A program made the position numbers and the translations under genes. This document shows, in pieces, positions 11,660 through 23,420 of a stretch of 64,000 nucleotides of DNA. Position 1 is the first letter of the stretch, and the number at the start of each line of letters is the position of its first letter. Under the pieces are notes generated by a model that worked only from the letters and a program-made list of their open reading frames with translations, was not told the origin of the DNA and ran no database searches. Source of the stretch: Planktothrix sp. GU0601_MAG3 (GTDB lineage: Bacteria > Cyanobacteriota > Cyanobacteriia > Cyanobacteriales > Microcoleaceae); the NCBI GenBank assembly GCA_035193785.1, contig CP136572.1, positions 800,001-864,000 of the forward strand, read 5' to 3'.

Positions 11660-12986
11660 TTAAGCAAACATAAAATTACTGGCACTGAGTTGAGTGGAGT
11701 TCACACCTTCTAAGAGAATTTTTCCACCCGAACTAGAACTTAAAAGAGCACCATCTTGGGTATTGCTGATCTGGAATGGTGATGTTGCGATCCCTGCCAA
11801 TAAATCTGAGGCATTCATCGTACCCCATCCCAGCAATCCCATCTTATCTTCATCAACTTTGAAGTCTTTGATAACATCTAACTCCCCTGTGGGCAAGCTA
11901 TCGCCATTCTGGAACAGAAAGAAATCGTTGCCCTGATCGGCCCAGATCACATCATTGCCAACACCACCAACCAGGATATCATTACCCGAACCGCCAGTCA
12001 GGGTATCATTATCATCGCTGCCATAAAGTTTATCGTTTCCGTAACCACCGTCCAACTTATCCTTGCCTGAACCACCTTCAAGGATATCATCGCCTTCTTC
12101 CCCATGAATTTGATCGTCTCCCAGGCTGCCATATATTTTGTCTGCGTTGTTGTTTCCCTTTATTTGATGATCGCCCTCTTTGCCTTTGGTCGTCTTACCG
12201 TCTGCGTCTTTAGTTCCGTCTATTTTATCATTCCAGATTGTGCCATAGGTGACATCTGAACCTAGTTTACCAATAGCAGTATCCTGCTTAAATTTAGTGT
12301 CACTGATATTGAGTTCCACTATGGTTATGTTTGTATTGCTGTTAAACTGTCTCTGATATGTACCTCCAGCCGTGCCTGTGACCAAATCTACATCATTGTT
12401 GCCATCAATGTCAGTGGTGGGATTGTACTCAGTAATGGTAACGCGGTTATTGTCGCGAGAATATCTCAACTTCAGATCGCCAATTTGCTCAGAAGGGATT
12501 AACTGCCCGCTCATGCCAAAATAATCTAATGCTTTCGGCTTTTGGGTATCGGAGGTGTCTAAGATGAGGAAAGAGGTTTTTCCCTCAGCCTGGTTATATT
12601 CAGCTTCAGGATTTTCAATTTCTTTAGCGTTGAGTTGTAACCCCGCAGTAAAATCGAAAGAGAAGGTTTGATCCGCACCGACAGAAAAACTAGCAATCAC
12701 TTTAGCTTCACTGCTAGAAACTTCCCTGAGATGCTCCACCAATACCAATTACAGCACTGTCCGTAAATAGAGCCGAGAAATTTGGGTCATTGCTAAAAAC
12801 AGCTTGGGCATCAGCAATCGCAGCCGATACCCCACCGTTGACTAAGGTCTCTGTCTCGGAGGCAGTCAAAATTCCTGAAGCCGTTTGACTATAATTGTAA
12901 AAAACAGCCCCTCCAGCAGCACTCGCATAATTAGGCTGAGGATAATCAAGGGAAGAAATTGGTTGCAGAAACAGAGTATCAGGCAT
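11660..12986 (-). CDS. RTX protein with an N-terminal domain related to the PEP-CTERM protein (apparent frameshift near 12719)
   Basis: ORFs 12714..12986 and 11660..12748 join. The protein has GGxGxD repeats and a DVIKDF...DKMGL...LSASNFMFA tail. Confidence 0.8.
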
Positions 12987-13164
12987 GGTATTATAAGTTG
13001 GTTAGTTTTTGGCAGAATTAATACATTGGGCTTTTGTTGCCAGAGGGATAACGATTTTTCAGGAATTTGATTGTTCTATTTTCTATTACATAGAATCGGA
13101 AAAAAGGAAGTTTTAATTTATCTCAAAAAAAATTTTTAAACTTGGTCGAAAAATTTGATTAAGT

Positions 13165-13554
13165 TTAGTCCAGTTTCCAAGGGTTGGGGAGGTTTTCGAC
13201 AACCTCTAAATGCCGAAATCCTCCCGAAACCCCTCGACTCAATTCAGGAATAGGCTCCAAATAGGTTAAGTCCCGAACTTTGCCAGCCCCAGAAGTTGTA
13301 GTCTGGGTGTTAAGACTTGACTTAACAGATGTTGTATTGCTTTGAGACTGAGAATTAGAATTATTATCCTTAGTTAGTCGGTTATAGGTGCGATAGGGAA
13401 TATAATGCAGTGGATTATACCCGGCAAAACGCAAAATTAAAACACAAGCCCAAGAATATTTTCCCGATAAAATTGCATCTATGATTTGTTCAAATTGTTC
13501 TTCACTCATCGCCTTAGCGACTTTCGAGTTATTGTAAGAATATTGAGCAGACAT
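13165..13554 (-). CDS. hetP: HetP family protein
   Basis: [41 protein letters not shown] signature and C-terminal KVRDLTYLE...SGG. Confidence 0.9.
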   Translation of the reverse strand: MSAQYSYNNSKVAKAMSEEQFEQIIDAILSGKYSWACVLILRFAGYNPLHYIPYRTYNRLTKDNNSNSQSQSNTTSVKSSLNTQTTTSGAGKVRDLTYLEPIPELSRGVSGGFRHLEVVENLPNPWKLD

Positions 13555-13584
13555 TTGGTTTACTCCTAATTGGTAAATAGTGTT

Positions 13585-15262
13585 CTACAAATCGATGCCA
13601 TTTTTCTGCAATTGCAGAATGGGATTCAGTAGAATATCCATAATCCGACGACGATGAATGATAATATCTGCACTAGCCGTTTGTCCAGATTTTAACTGAA
13701 TTTTCTGATCCTGTTGCAAAACATAGTCTTTTTTTAAGACAATCTCTAATTTGTAAACTAGCCCAACTGTTTGATCGACTTTTGTATCGGGTGAAATTGA
13801 GCGAACTGTGCCTTCAAATACCCCATAATTTTGATAGGGATAAGCATCAAATTTGACTTTAACTGACATTCCCGTTTTCACAAATCCAGCTTTGTCATTC
13901 GGGAGACTAGCAGTTAAAATTAGGGGGGCATTTTTGGGCGTAATTTCAGCCACGGTTTGTCCCGGTTGAATCACTTCTCCCACATTAAACACATTCAAGG
14001 CAGAAATAACTCCATCAATGGGAGAATAGAGGTATCTGTCTTGAAGTTTGGCTTCAGCCATTGTAATTAAATTTTGGGTTTCCGTAATTTTGGCTTGGAA
14101 TTGAGTTACTTCTAACTCGGTTTGTTGAATTTTTTGCTGGGTTGCGACTTGAATTGTTTTGGCTTCCGCTTGTTTCTGGGCTAATTCCGCATTTAATCGT
14201 TCAATTTCAACTTGAGATTGTTTTAATTCTCCTTGAGATTGGGTGATTAATCTTTGTCGATCTCGGAAACTTTGTTCCGCTTGAAAAATCTGTGATTGGG
14301 TACTATTTTTTTCTGATAATTGAGCCTGAACAATGCCCCTTTGTTGATCCCGCAGATTTTGTTCGGCTTGAAACAATAGGTCTTTAGAAATAGCACCACT
14401 TTCTAATAGGGGTTGTAGCCGTTCTAGTCTTTCTCTAGCCGCCGATTCTCCTTCCTGCAATTTTTCAATTAGGCTTTGGGTTTCTGCTTTTAAGGGTTGT
14501 AAAGATTCAACCCGTTTTTCAGTCGCTGACGCTTCAAAATTGAGTTGACTTAGTAATCGCTGATTAGATGCAATTTGGCTTTGGACTCGTTCGATACTAG
14601 CCTGTTGAGATTGAAGTTGGGCGGTGGCGATCGCGGCTTGGGTTTGGGCTTCTAAATCAATCCGTTCAAGTAACCCTTGTTTTTGAATCAGTTCGGCTTT
14701 AAAGGCGGTGAGTTGTTGTTGTAGTCGTGCTAATTCTTGAGTGGCAATTTGTCGATCTAGTTCGGCTAAAACCTGACCTTTTTTGACAGTTTGCCCTTCT
14801 TTAATTGGAATTCGAGAAACTTTTCCCAACTCAACGGTATGGATTTTGTAAACTTCCCCTTGGGGTGCTAATTTACCTCTGGCTTGACCGACTTCATCAA
14901 CGGTTCCGAAATATCCCCAAGCGCCAAAGGCGATACAAAAAATAAATCCTCCTAACATTAATTGCAGGGGAAAAGATGCCGGGGGTTGATCCAGTAGGGA
15001 CTGTAAGGCATTTGACCAGTCTGGTTTTGCCGTTGGAACACTAGCTGGAGGAGGAGATTTTTTGGGGACTGTTTGGGGGGGAGCCAGGGGAGGAAAGGGA
15101 ACAGAAACCAGCAATACCGCCATAAATCTGGTCGGTTTGTTCTATGTGTTCCAGACTAAATTGCAGATCCTCTAAGTATTCCTCCTGCACCGTTACAGAC
15201 AATTGGGAGTCTGAATCATCAGCGTTTTTACTGGGAGGGGAGAACAGTTTGTACGGTTTCAT
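13585..15262 (-). CDS. hlyD: HlyD-family T1SS membrane fusion protein (apparent frameshift near 15106)
   Basis: LDQPP, a TM helix, VKKGQVLAELD, SPIDGVI and VKVKFDAYPYQNYG. Removing one base fuses ORF 15041..15262 in frame. Confidence 0.88.
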
Positions 15263-15523
15263 AGGGTGATGTAAAAACTAGCCAACAAAGGTTGGTGTTT
15301 TAATTGTTTTTTTTAAAATGAAATTAGATGGAACCGGAAAACAGTGATATTAAATCAACTGTTAACAAAAGGCAGCGACCGATTGGTGCTAATTCAACTA
15401 ACTACCGCACGCAAACACCCTACAATCAGTCTCTAGGGTTTAAGTGATCCCACGTTTAGGCTAGTGTTCTTGTTTCTATCAAAATCCTCTGTATTTATAC
15501 TAGGGTAATTTATAATTTGAGAC

Positions 15524-15536
15524 TGCCAGATTGGCA
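15524..15536. promoter_or_regulatory. TGCCA-GAT-TGGCA palindrome upstream of hlyD
   Basis: ctgccagattggcatatttt. Confidence 0.55.
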
Positions 15537-15653
15537 TATTTTTGTGAAAAGTTTTGTTAACAGAGGAGATCGGAGAAGATGAAAGTAGGGTTTGGGGCTG
15601 TTTAATTTTTGATTAAAAATTCAGAGCCCCCTAAATCTCCCCCCCTGCCTCCC

Positions 15654-15797
15654 CAGGGCTGTTTCATTCTTTGTAGGGGCAATCCCCCCGTGGTTGCCCC
15701 AATCCCTGAAACGCCTGCAAATCTGGGATGGGGAGGGTAGGCACGGGGGGCACTACCCCTACAAAACCCGGGTTTCCCTGAGAATGAAACAGCCCTG
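15654..15797. mobile_element. MITE with 17-bp TIR CAGGGCTGTTTCATTCT carrying REP-like hairpins
   Basis: Perfect terminal inverted repeats; an inverted homologous copy lies at 46970..47132. Confidence 0.8.
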
Positions 15798-15833
15798 CCC
15801 CTGCCCCCCGGGGATCTAGGTGCTTAGTGAAGG

Positions 15834-18800
15834 CTATAAAGCCAGTTGTTGTTGGGCTAAATGGTAATAGAGTCCTTGAGTTGCCATTAGCTGTTCATGG
15901 TTGCCCTGTTCAACTAAAATACCTTTGTCTATAACTAGAATACAATCGGCACTTCTCACGGTTGAGAGCCGATGGGCAATAATAATCGTGGTGCGATCGC
16001 GTTGCATTTGCTCTAAATTGCGTTGAAAACGGCTTTCACTTTCAGTATCTAAAGAACTGGTTGCTTCATCTAAAATCAGAATTCGAGGACTTCCTAATAA
16101 GGCTCTGGCGATCGCTACTCGTTGCCGTTGTCCTCCCGATAAACTTGATCCCCGTTCTCCAACTTTGGTATAATATCCCAAGGGTAAACCCTGAATAAAT
16201 CCGTGAACTTCGGCTAATTTAGCTGCCTCAATTACCTGATCCAAAGTATATTCATCCCGATAAAGAGTAATATTTTCTAAAATTGTTCCTGAAAATAAAT
16301 AACAATCCTGGGGAACCACGCCCATTTGTGTGCGTAAAGAAGGGGGAGAAACATGACAAATTTCATGCCCATCCACATAAATATGTCCGGTTGTGGGATG
16401 GTACAAACCTTGCATTAACTTAACTAGGGTGCTTTTTCCTGAACCACTGCGCCCAACAATTGCAATGGTTTGACCGGGAGGAAATTTAAAAGAAAGATTT
16501 TGCAGAATATTAGTTTCCGCATCTTCTTGATAACGAAAAGTCACGTTATCAAAGTTAATTTCTCCCTGGATTCTGGGTAATATAATTAACGGTTTTTGCG
16601 GGGTTTCTTCCGGTTCCTGTTCAAAGACATCATTTAAACGCTCTACGGAAATTAATACTTCTTGCAATCTATCCCATAATCCCACTAAAGCCAGAATCGG
16701 ACTAATTACATAACCCTGCATCATATTAAAAGCGACAAACTGACCAATAGTTAATTGATCTTGGATCACCAGATTTACACCAAACCAAAGTAAAAATGTA
16801 CTCCCAATAGAATTAATTAACCCACTGACAAATCCCAAACTAATTCCTAATTTCTGGGCTTTAAACTGAACATTCATCTGTTGGGTTAATTTTTCTTCCC
16901 AACGCCAACGTAATTCCGGTTTCCGCCGATACCGCTTTCACCGTATTAATTCCGGTAAAAATTTCTACTAAGGTTGAACTTTGATCAGCAGCGGCATTAA
17001 ATAATTGACGGGAAATCTGCCTTAATACTGGCGTTGCTGCCAAGGTGAGGATGATAATTAAAGGCACAATTCCTAAAATTAAAATGGTGAGTTTAAGATT
17101 GTAATAAAGCATCAATCCCAAATAGACAAACCCCGTCACAATATTCAACGCCGATAACAAAATTTGACCGACGAGAAACCGTTGAATTTTCTGATTTTCT
17201 TGAACGCGGGTCAGGATATCACCGACGCGGCGGGACTCAAAGAACTTTAAAGGAAGTTGTAGGGCGTGGTTAATAAATCCACCAATGAGAGTTAAATCCA
17301 AACGATTTGATAAGTAACTCAATAGATATTGTCGAATTGAGGATAACCCTAAACTCCACACGCCAAATAATAACAATCCCAAGGCAAATACATTCAAACC
17401 AGTGAGGCTTTTATTCACCACAACCCGATCTAAAATAATCTGGGTTAATAAAGGAGTTACAATTCCAAATATCTGAATTAATAGGGATAACAAAACAATT
17501 TGTAATCCCAAAAATCGATGGGGCCAAATTACCCCGGCAAACCGACCGAGAGAGCGTTTATGCTCTTGGAGTTCCCGGAATTGATCGGTGGGTTCCAAAA
17601 GTAAAGCATAGCCCGTCCATCCCGCCAAAAACGCTTGACGAGAGAGGGTTTTTTTGCCCTCAGCCGGATCAGCAATCACCACTTGATGACGACGGACTTT
17701 ATAGACCACAATATAGTGATCACCCTGCCAATGGGCAATCCAAGGTTTTTTTTCGGTTTCTAAACGATTCAAACTTGCCCGTACAGGTCGCGCTTGATAA
17801 CCTAAGCGTTCTGAGGTGAGAGTGAGGTTTTTTAAAGAAACTCCAGATCGTCCGACATCGGAAATATTACGCAGGCTATTAATACTTAAATATTTCCCCC
17901 AATACTGACTAATCATCGCTAAACAAGCGACCCCACAGTCAGAGGAGCTTTGCTGTTGTATAAATGGATAGCGTTGCCAAAATCCTCGCCAGACTCGTTG
18001 AGGTTTGGGTTTTGGGAAGCTGAGGGTTTGCTGGGTTGGGGGAACAAGTACCGGGGATGGTTTAATGGTGGCGGGTTGAGGGGACACCGTTACCTTGGTT
18101 TGCTGTTTCCGCATCGGAGATTTCCCACCTTGTATGGATGTTAGCTGTAAGGTTTCTGCGGGAAGTTGATAGACAATTAACTCCGTGGCGGCGATCCATT
18201 CCGGGGGGATGGGATCGGGTTCTCCCCAACTATCGCCCACCTGGGGAACAGTATCGGTGCCCGTAATTTGTCCTTGGTACAGCCAAAATCGGCCCTGTGG
18301 TGTTGGGAACACTGATTTTAGGGTAGTTTCCGGCGTTGATCTGGTGTTGGGTGCAGCCGGATAAAAGTTCTTGTAGTCGGTGACTGGTTAACCGTCGCCA
18401 GTCCGTTTGGGTTTTGAAGAATAATAACCGTTGTCGGTTTTCGATGGTGGTTTGCAGGTAGGTTTGCAGAGAAGGAGTCTGTTTCATCTGTGCCTGGATT
18501 TCCACCAGGGGAATCGAGGCTACAATCACGTTGCTGGCTGCGATCGCTTCATAGGATAAACTTGAGTGTTGCCATCCGACTTGATCCCCGCCAAAGGTTT
18601 CACCAATTTCAATCACTGAAACCGAAATCTCCCGATTGAGATTTTTGTCCCAGGCCAGGAGTCGGACTCGACCTTCAACGACTAAATAAAACAGGGATTT
18701 TTGGTTTAGTTCGCTGTGAACTGTTTTTTCGGGAGAAATGGCTATATTATCAATGGAATCTCCCAGTTGAAACGAGTGGAGATGCCAATGTTGACTCCAA

Positions 18801-18934
18801 GCTGCAACATCAACGGTCTCGGGGTCATGGATTTGAGCCAGAAAGTTTTCTAAGGCAGAAATCAATAAAGATTGAGAAGCCTTTGGGTCAGGGGTGGACA
18901 CCCGATCCCGTTCAGTCAAGTTGAGGTTGATCAT
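15834..18934 (-). CDS. Peptidase-containing ABC transporter (cNMP-binding, C39 peptidase, ABC TM and ATPase domains), HetC/PteB-like (apparent frameshifts near 18327 and 16920)
   Basis: C39 motifs QQSSSDCGVACL, HWQGDHY and DPA. ABC motifs GRSGSGKST, LSGGQRQR and LDEATSSLD. N-terminal YLVVEGRVRLL...GETFG is cNMP-like. An alternative TTG start is at 19027. Confidence 0.9.
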
Positions 18935-19407
18935 GGTTCTGATGGGATAAATATTGTTATTGTCTTTATTGGTAACCTGTGCAGGGGTTCGTAGAAATCT
19001 CAAATTAGGCTTTTCCAGTCCCTTCAAAACCCCTTTAGCAAATGGGAATCTAGCCCCCTTACCAACTGGGGTTAGGGTATATACAGTTATCCGCCGAAAT
19101 CCCCCTAGTTAGGGAGACTTCTGCCCACAGGGGTTAAGCACTAATTGAGCAAAAACTTATGTCTAACAACACTGATTGCTTTTCAGATGATTAGAGGATT
19201 CTGATATTCAACCAAGTTGTCTATCGCCGTAAGATACCCCCGCATGATGGCATATTTTAATTAGGGGTGTCCTGAACTTAAGACAGATTCGGATGATTTT
19301 TATTAAATCTTTAACTAAATCTTTACATTGATGGCCAAAATTTTAGGGGTTGTAAGACCGATGAGATGAAAGGTTGAGGGACTTTTTTGTCAAAAGTGTA
19401 TATAAAG

Positions 19408-20124
19408 TTAAGGCTTAATTAGGGTTTCCCTTTCCTGACAAATCGATTTTCGGTCAATACCACTTTGATATTCACAGCTAAATTTTTCCTGACACCACTT
19501 GTTAAGATTTACCTCCTCAAGTTGAGTTAGATTAGAACAGGAAGGTTGAATCACTTGACTTGCTAATGCCCATAAAAAAGTGCGGGTGATATCTAGTCCC
19601 GTTTTTAGCCAAAATTCTTGATTAGCAGGAACACCAGTTTCTTTGACAGTCTCCACATCTACCCAAATTCCGTGAGATCCTAACATAATTTGAGCCATCC
19701 ACTTTGCCCTGGGTAAATGGCTGGGAGAGGTGATTAAGTTAACATGATGAGCTTGCCATTTGCTCAGAATGGGTTGACTGTAAACAAAATTATCAAAAGT
19801 AGAATTTGCACACTTTTCTAGCCAAACCTGTTGCGTTGGTGCTCGTTCGCGCTCAAATAGTTTTACAATACAAGGATCATCTGATCCGGTTGAAATTAAA
19901 ATCCGAATATCGGGATTTTGTTTTGCTAGTTCGGCGACATACATTTCCCGTTTAATACTTCCCCCCAGGACGAAAAATGTATCCACGGGTTGTTGGGAGG
20001 CGACAGATAGCTTCTGGAATTGATGCCAAATACCACTTGACAGGGTGATTAATATAATAATTGCCCCTAGCAGTAAAATTTTTAGGCACAATTTATGTTT
20101 TAATTGTAATGGTCGCCAATTCAT
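19408..20124 (-). CDS. YdcF/DUF218 family protein
   Basis: FFVLGGSIKRE, ANSTFDN and LITSPSHLPRA motifs; N-terminal TM. Confidence 0.8.
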   Translation of the reverse strand: MNWRPLQLKHKLCLKILLLGAIIILITLSSGIWHQFQKLSVASQQPVDTFFVLGGSIKREMYVAELAKQNPDIRILISTGSDDPCIVKLFERERAPTQQVWLEKCANSTFDNFVYSQPILSKWQAHHVNLITSPSHLPRAKWMAQIMLGSHGIWVDVETVKETGVPANQEFWLKTGLDITRTFLWALASQVIQPSCSNLTQLEEVNLNKWCQEKFSCEYQSGIDRKSICQERETLIKP

Positions 20125-20140
20125 TTAAAACCAATCCTTT

Positions 20141-20500
20141 ATGAATATTATCAGTCCTTTCGTCGTTGTTCGTCTATTGTATTTTATATTATTCTTGGCT
20201 TTAGGACTCTATCCGGTTTCAACCCTGGCTCAAAATAATTCCACTCAACCCAAACCTAAATATCAATATCCTCAAGAAGTTATTAATACTTATATCAGTA
20301 GTTGTAGTCAACGCAGTGTTCAACAAGGTTTAACCCAACAACAGGCGAAAGCGGTTTGTCAGTGCACTATTAATCAATTTCAATCTCGGTACAGATTTGA
20401 GCAGTTTCTGAAAATTTATACTCAAGCTCAAAAGACAAAAAAATCCCCCGATGAGTTTGTGGATGTGGGGATTGAATGTGCTGAAAAATTGCTCCAATAA
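20141..20500 (+). CDS. Secreted Cys-containing hypothetical protein
   Basis: Signal peptide and a YP...C...CQC...C pattern. Confidence 0.65.
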   Translation: MNIISPFVVVRLLYFILFLALGLYPVSTLAQNNSTQPKPKYQYPQEVINTYISSCSQRSVQQGLTQQQAKAVCQCTINQFQSRYRFEQFLKIYTQAQKTKKSPDEFVDVGIECAEKLLQ

Positions 20501-20560
20501 ACTGTTAACCTTCAACGATATAATAAATAGTTTAATGATCATATATTATTAATACCTCCT

Positions 20561-23400
20561 ATGATTCAGTCTCCGCTAAAACCTGCTATGCGAGAAAAGT
20601 TCAATATTTCCCGCGCTTGTATCGCCCATCCTAGAATTGCAATTGGGTTTTGGATTGGGGTAATCATAGCAGGAATTTTGGCATTTAGTCATCTCAAATA
20701 TGCCCTATTTCCAGAGGTGACATTTCCGGTTGTAGTTGTGAGTACCACCGCACCAATTTCCACTGCAACGGATACGGAATTAAAAGTTACTTTACCGATT
20801 GAAACGGGGGTAAAATCTATTCCAGGAGTCTATGATTTGCGTTCATCAACCTATGCCGGACGCAGTATTATCAGTTTAGCATTTTTAGTCGGAACCGGTT
20901 TAGAGTCCTCAACAAATCAAGTAGAAACAGCTTTAAAAACCATTCAATTACCTCCTGAAACAACCTACAATATAATTCCGTTAAACCTAAACGAATCAAC
21001 AGCTATTACCTACGCGATTAAAAGCGAAAGCAAAACCTTAAAAGAATTAACCACAATTACTAAAAGTGCAATTCTTCCCCAACTACAAGCTTTGCCAGGG
21101 GTATTAAAAGTTAATCTCTTGGGGGATGGATTAAGTCGGGAAGCCAAAAAGGATATCGCCTCCCTATCCAGTTCTCAAACCCTAATTCAAGACCCGCCAA
21201 CTTTAGTTAGATATAATGGGGAAAATGTCTTAGCAGTTCAAGTGGTAAAACGCAGTAATGCTAATACCTTAGAAGTGGTAAATCAAGTTGAAAATAATAT
21301 TAATATTATCCAACAAGATTTACAAGATGTCAAGTTAATTTTAGCAGAAACCCAAGCTGATTATATTAGAGAAGCTACCCATTCTACCATTAATGAATTA
21401 TTATTAGCCATGGTTTTGGCTATTGCCATTGTCTTCCCCTTTTTAAGAAATTTCAGAGCCACTTTAATTACCGCCTTAGCCATTCCCACTTCCTTATTAG
21501 GAACCTGCATTGTGATGGCAATTGCTGGATTCAACTTAGAAACAATAACCCTATTAGCCTTAGCATTAGTGATTGGAATTGTGATTGATGATGCTATTGT
21601 TGATGTGGAGAATATTGCCCGATTAATTGATGCCGGAGAAACACCCAGGGAAGCAGCAATTAAAGGAAACAGATGAAATTGGGTTAACGGTGACAGCTTC
21701 CACCTTAACAATTGTAGCCGTTTTTCTCCCCGTAGCCTTTATGGGGGATGCTTTGGGACAGTTTTTTAAACCCTTTGCCTTGACAATTTCTTCAGCCGTA
21801 GTTATATCATTATTAGTCGCCAGAACTTTATCTCCAGTTTTAGCCGTTTATTGGTTAAAACCCGTCAAAAATAGACCGGAAAATTATATTCCTAAACCCC
21901 ACCCCATTATTGAAATCTATCGTCGAGTTTTGCAATGGTCACTCACCCACCGGAAACGGGTTATTTTAATAGCTATTTTGAGTTTTATTGCAGGTTTAGC
22001 CTTAATTCCTTTTGTCCCACAAGGGTTTTTACCGCGACTCGATAGAGGAGAATTTGTGATTAATTATTCCTATCCTCTCCCTCAAATTTCCAATCTTCAA
22101 CGTAGAGACGAGCCACGGCGCGTCTCCTCCACCTCCCCCGCCTCCACCTCCCCCGCCTCCCCCACCCCAGACGAGCCACAGCCAGCCTCCCCAGCCCCAG
22201 ACAAGCCACAGCCCGTCTCGAACTCCAGCGATATTTTTCAACAGCAAGGGGCGTTTGATTGGTTAACAGATTTAGCCAGAAATCCCATTCAACTATTTAT
22301 CAGAAAAACTCGGACGACAGCCACAAAAATAGAAACGGTTATTTTGAATACTCCCGATGTGGAAAAAACCTTGACAATTATTGGAATTAAAGGACAACCA
22401 AATCGAGGTAGAATTTATGTAAAACTCAAAAATGATCGTCAACTAACAACCTTAGAAGCTCAAGATCAAATTCGTTCAAATTTGCCCCAAATTAATAACG
22501 TTACCATCAGTGTGGAAGATATACAATTTGTAGAAACAGGGGATGAGAAACCCCTACAAATTGTATTAGTTGGAGAGGATATTCAACAATTAAATAATAT
22601 CGCTAAAACCATTAAAGAAAAAGTCGCAAAATTACCGGGTTTTGTGGATGTTCGAGTAACGGGCGAAGAAAATATATCGAATACCATCAACCAAATTGAA
22701 AGATTTAACGGTCAACGGGCGGCTTATGTGACGGCTAATTTAAGCCAAGGTCAATTATTAGGGGATGCGACAAATCAAGTTCTTGATATTGCTAAACCTT
22801 TAATTTCTAATGGAGTTACATTAAAATTAACTGGAGATTCTGCCAGAATTGGTCAAGTTTTAAATAGCTTTCTTGTCACCCTAATTTTTTCTGTTGTTTG
22901 TATGTTAGGGTTACTATTCCTATTATTTGGTCGTTGGGTGGAAACCGGCGGTAGTTGGGTTAACGCTTCCTTTGTGTTTGGTCGGAGCAATGTTAGCTTT
23001 ATTAATTACTCAAAGTGATTTTGGAATTATTTCTTTAATTGGGTTAATATTCCTTTTGGGATTATTAGATAAAAATGTGTTATTGTTGATGGATTATATT
23101 AACCAATTACGTCAAAAAGGGATGGGTCGAAATCAGGCAATTATCGAAACAGGTGCCGTGCGTTTGAGACCAATTATTATGACCACTGCATCGACAATTT
23201 TGGGAATGTTACCAATTGCGTTAGGACTAGGAGCGGGGGCAGAATTAAGACAACCAATGGCCGTTGCTATTATTGGGGGTTTAATTACATCTACTTTATT
23301 AAGCTTAATTGTAGTTCCAGTTTTAAATACATTTTTAGAAGATGGAGAGTTAAAGATTAAAAACGATTTAAGAAACAAAGTTTATAAAAATAAACCATAA
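20561..23400 (+). CDS. AcrB/AcrD/AcrF-family RND transporter (apparent frameshifts near 21667 and 22942)
   Basis: LFPEVTFPVVVV, GIVIDDAIVDVEN, RLRPIIMT and PMAVAIIGGL. Confidence 0.9.
22102..22220 (+). repeat. REP-derived and C-rich repeat insertion within the RND coding sequence
   Basis: gtagagacgagccacggcgcgtct is the exact reverse complement of the REP units at 30650-30760. Confidence 0.7.
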
Positions 23401-23420
23401 AAGCACTGAGACACTAAGAC

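Noticed and set aside
10059..11936. Plus-strand Pro/Ser-rich ORFs
   Set aside because: They are antisense shadows of the RTX genes or ORFs in intergenic DNA with no supporting motif.
5625..19027. Modified RiPP (lanthipeptide or cyanobactin) cluster
   Set aside because: No LanM, YcaO, radical SAM or PatA/G-type enzyme is encoded in the cluster.
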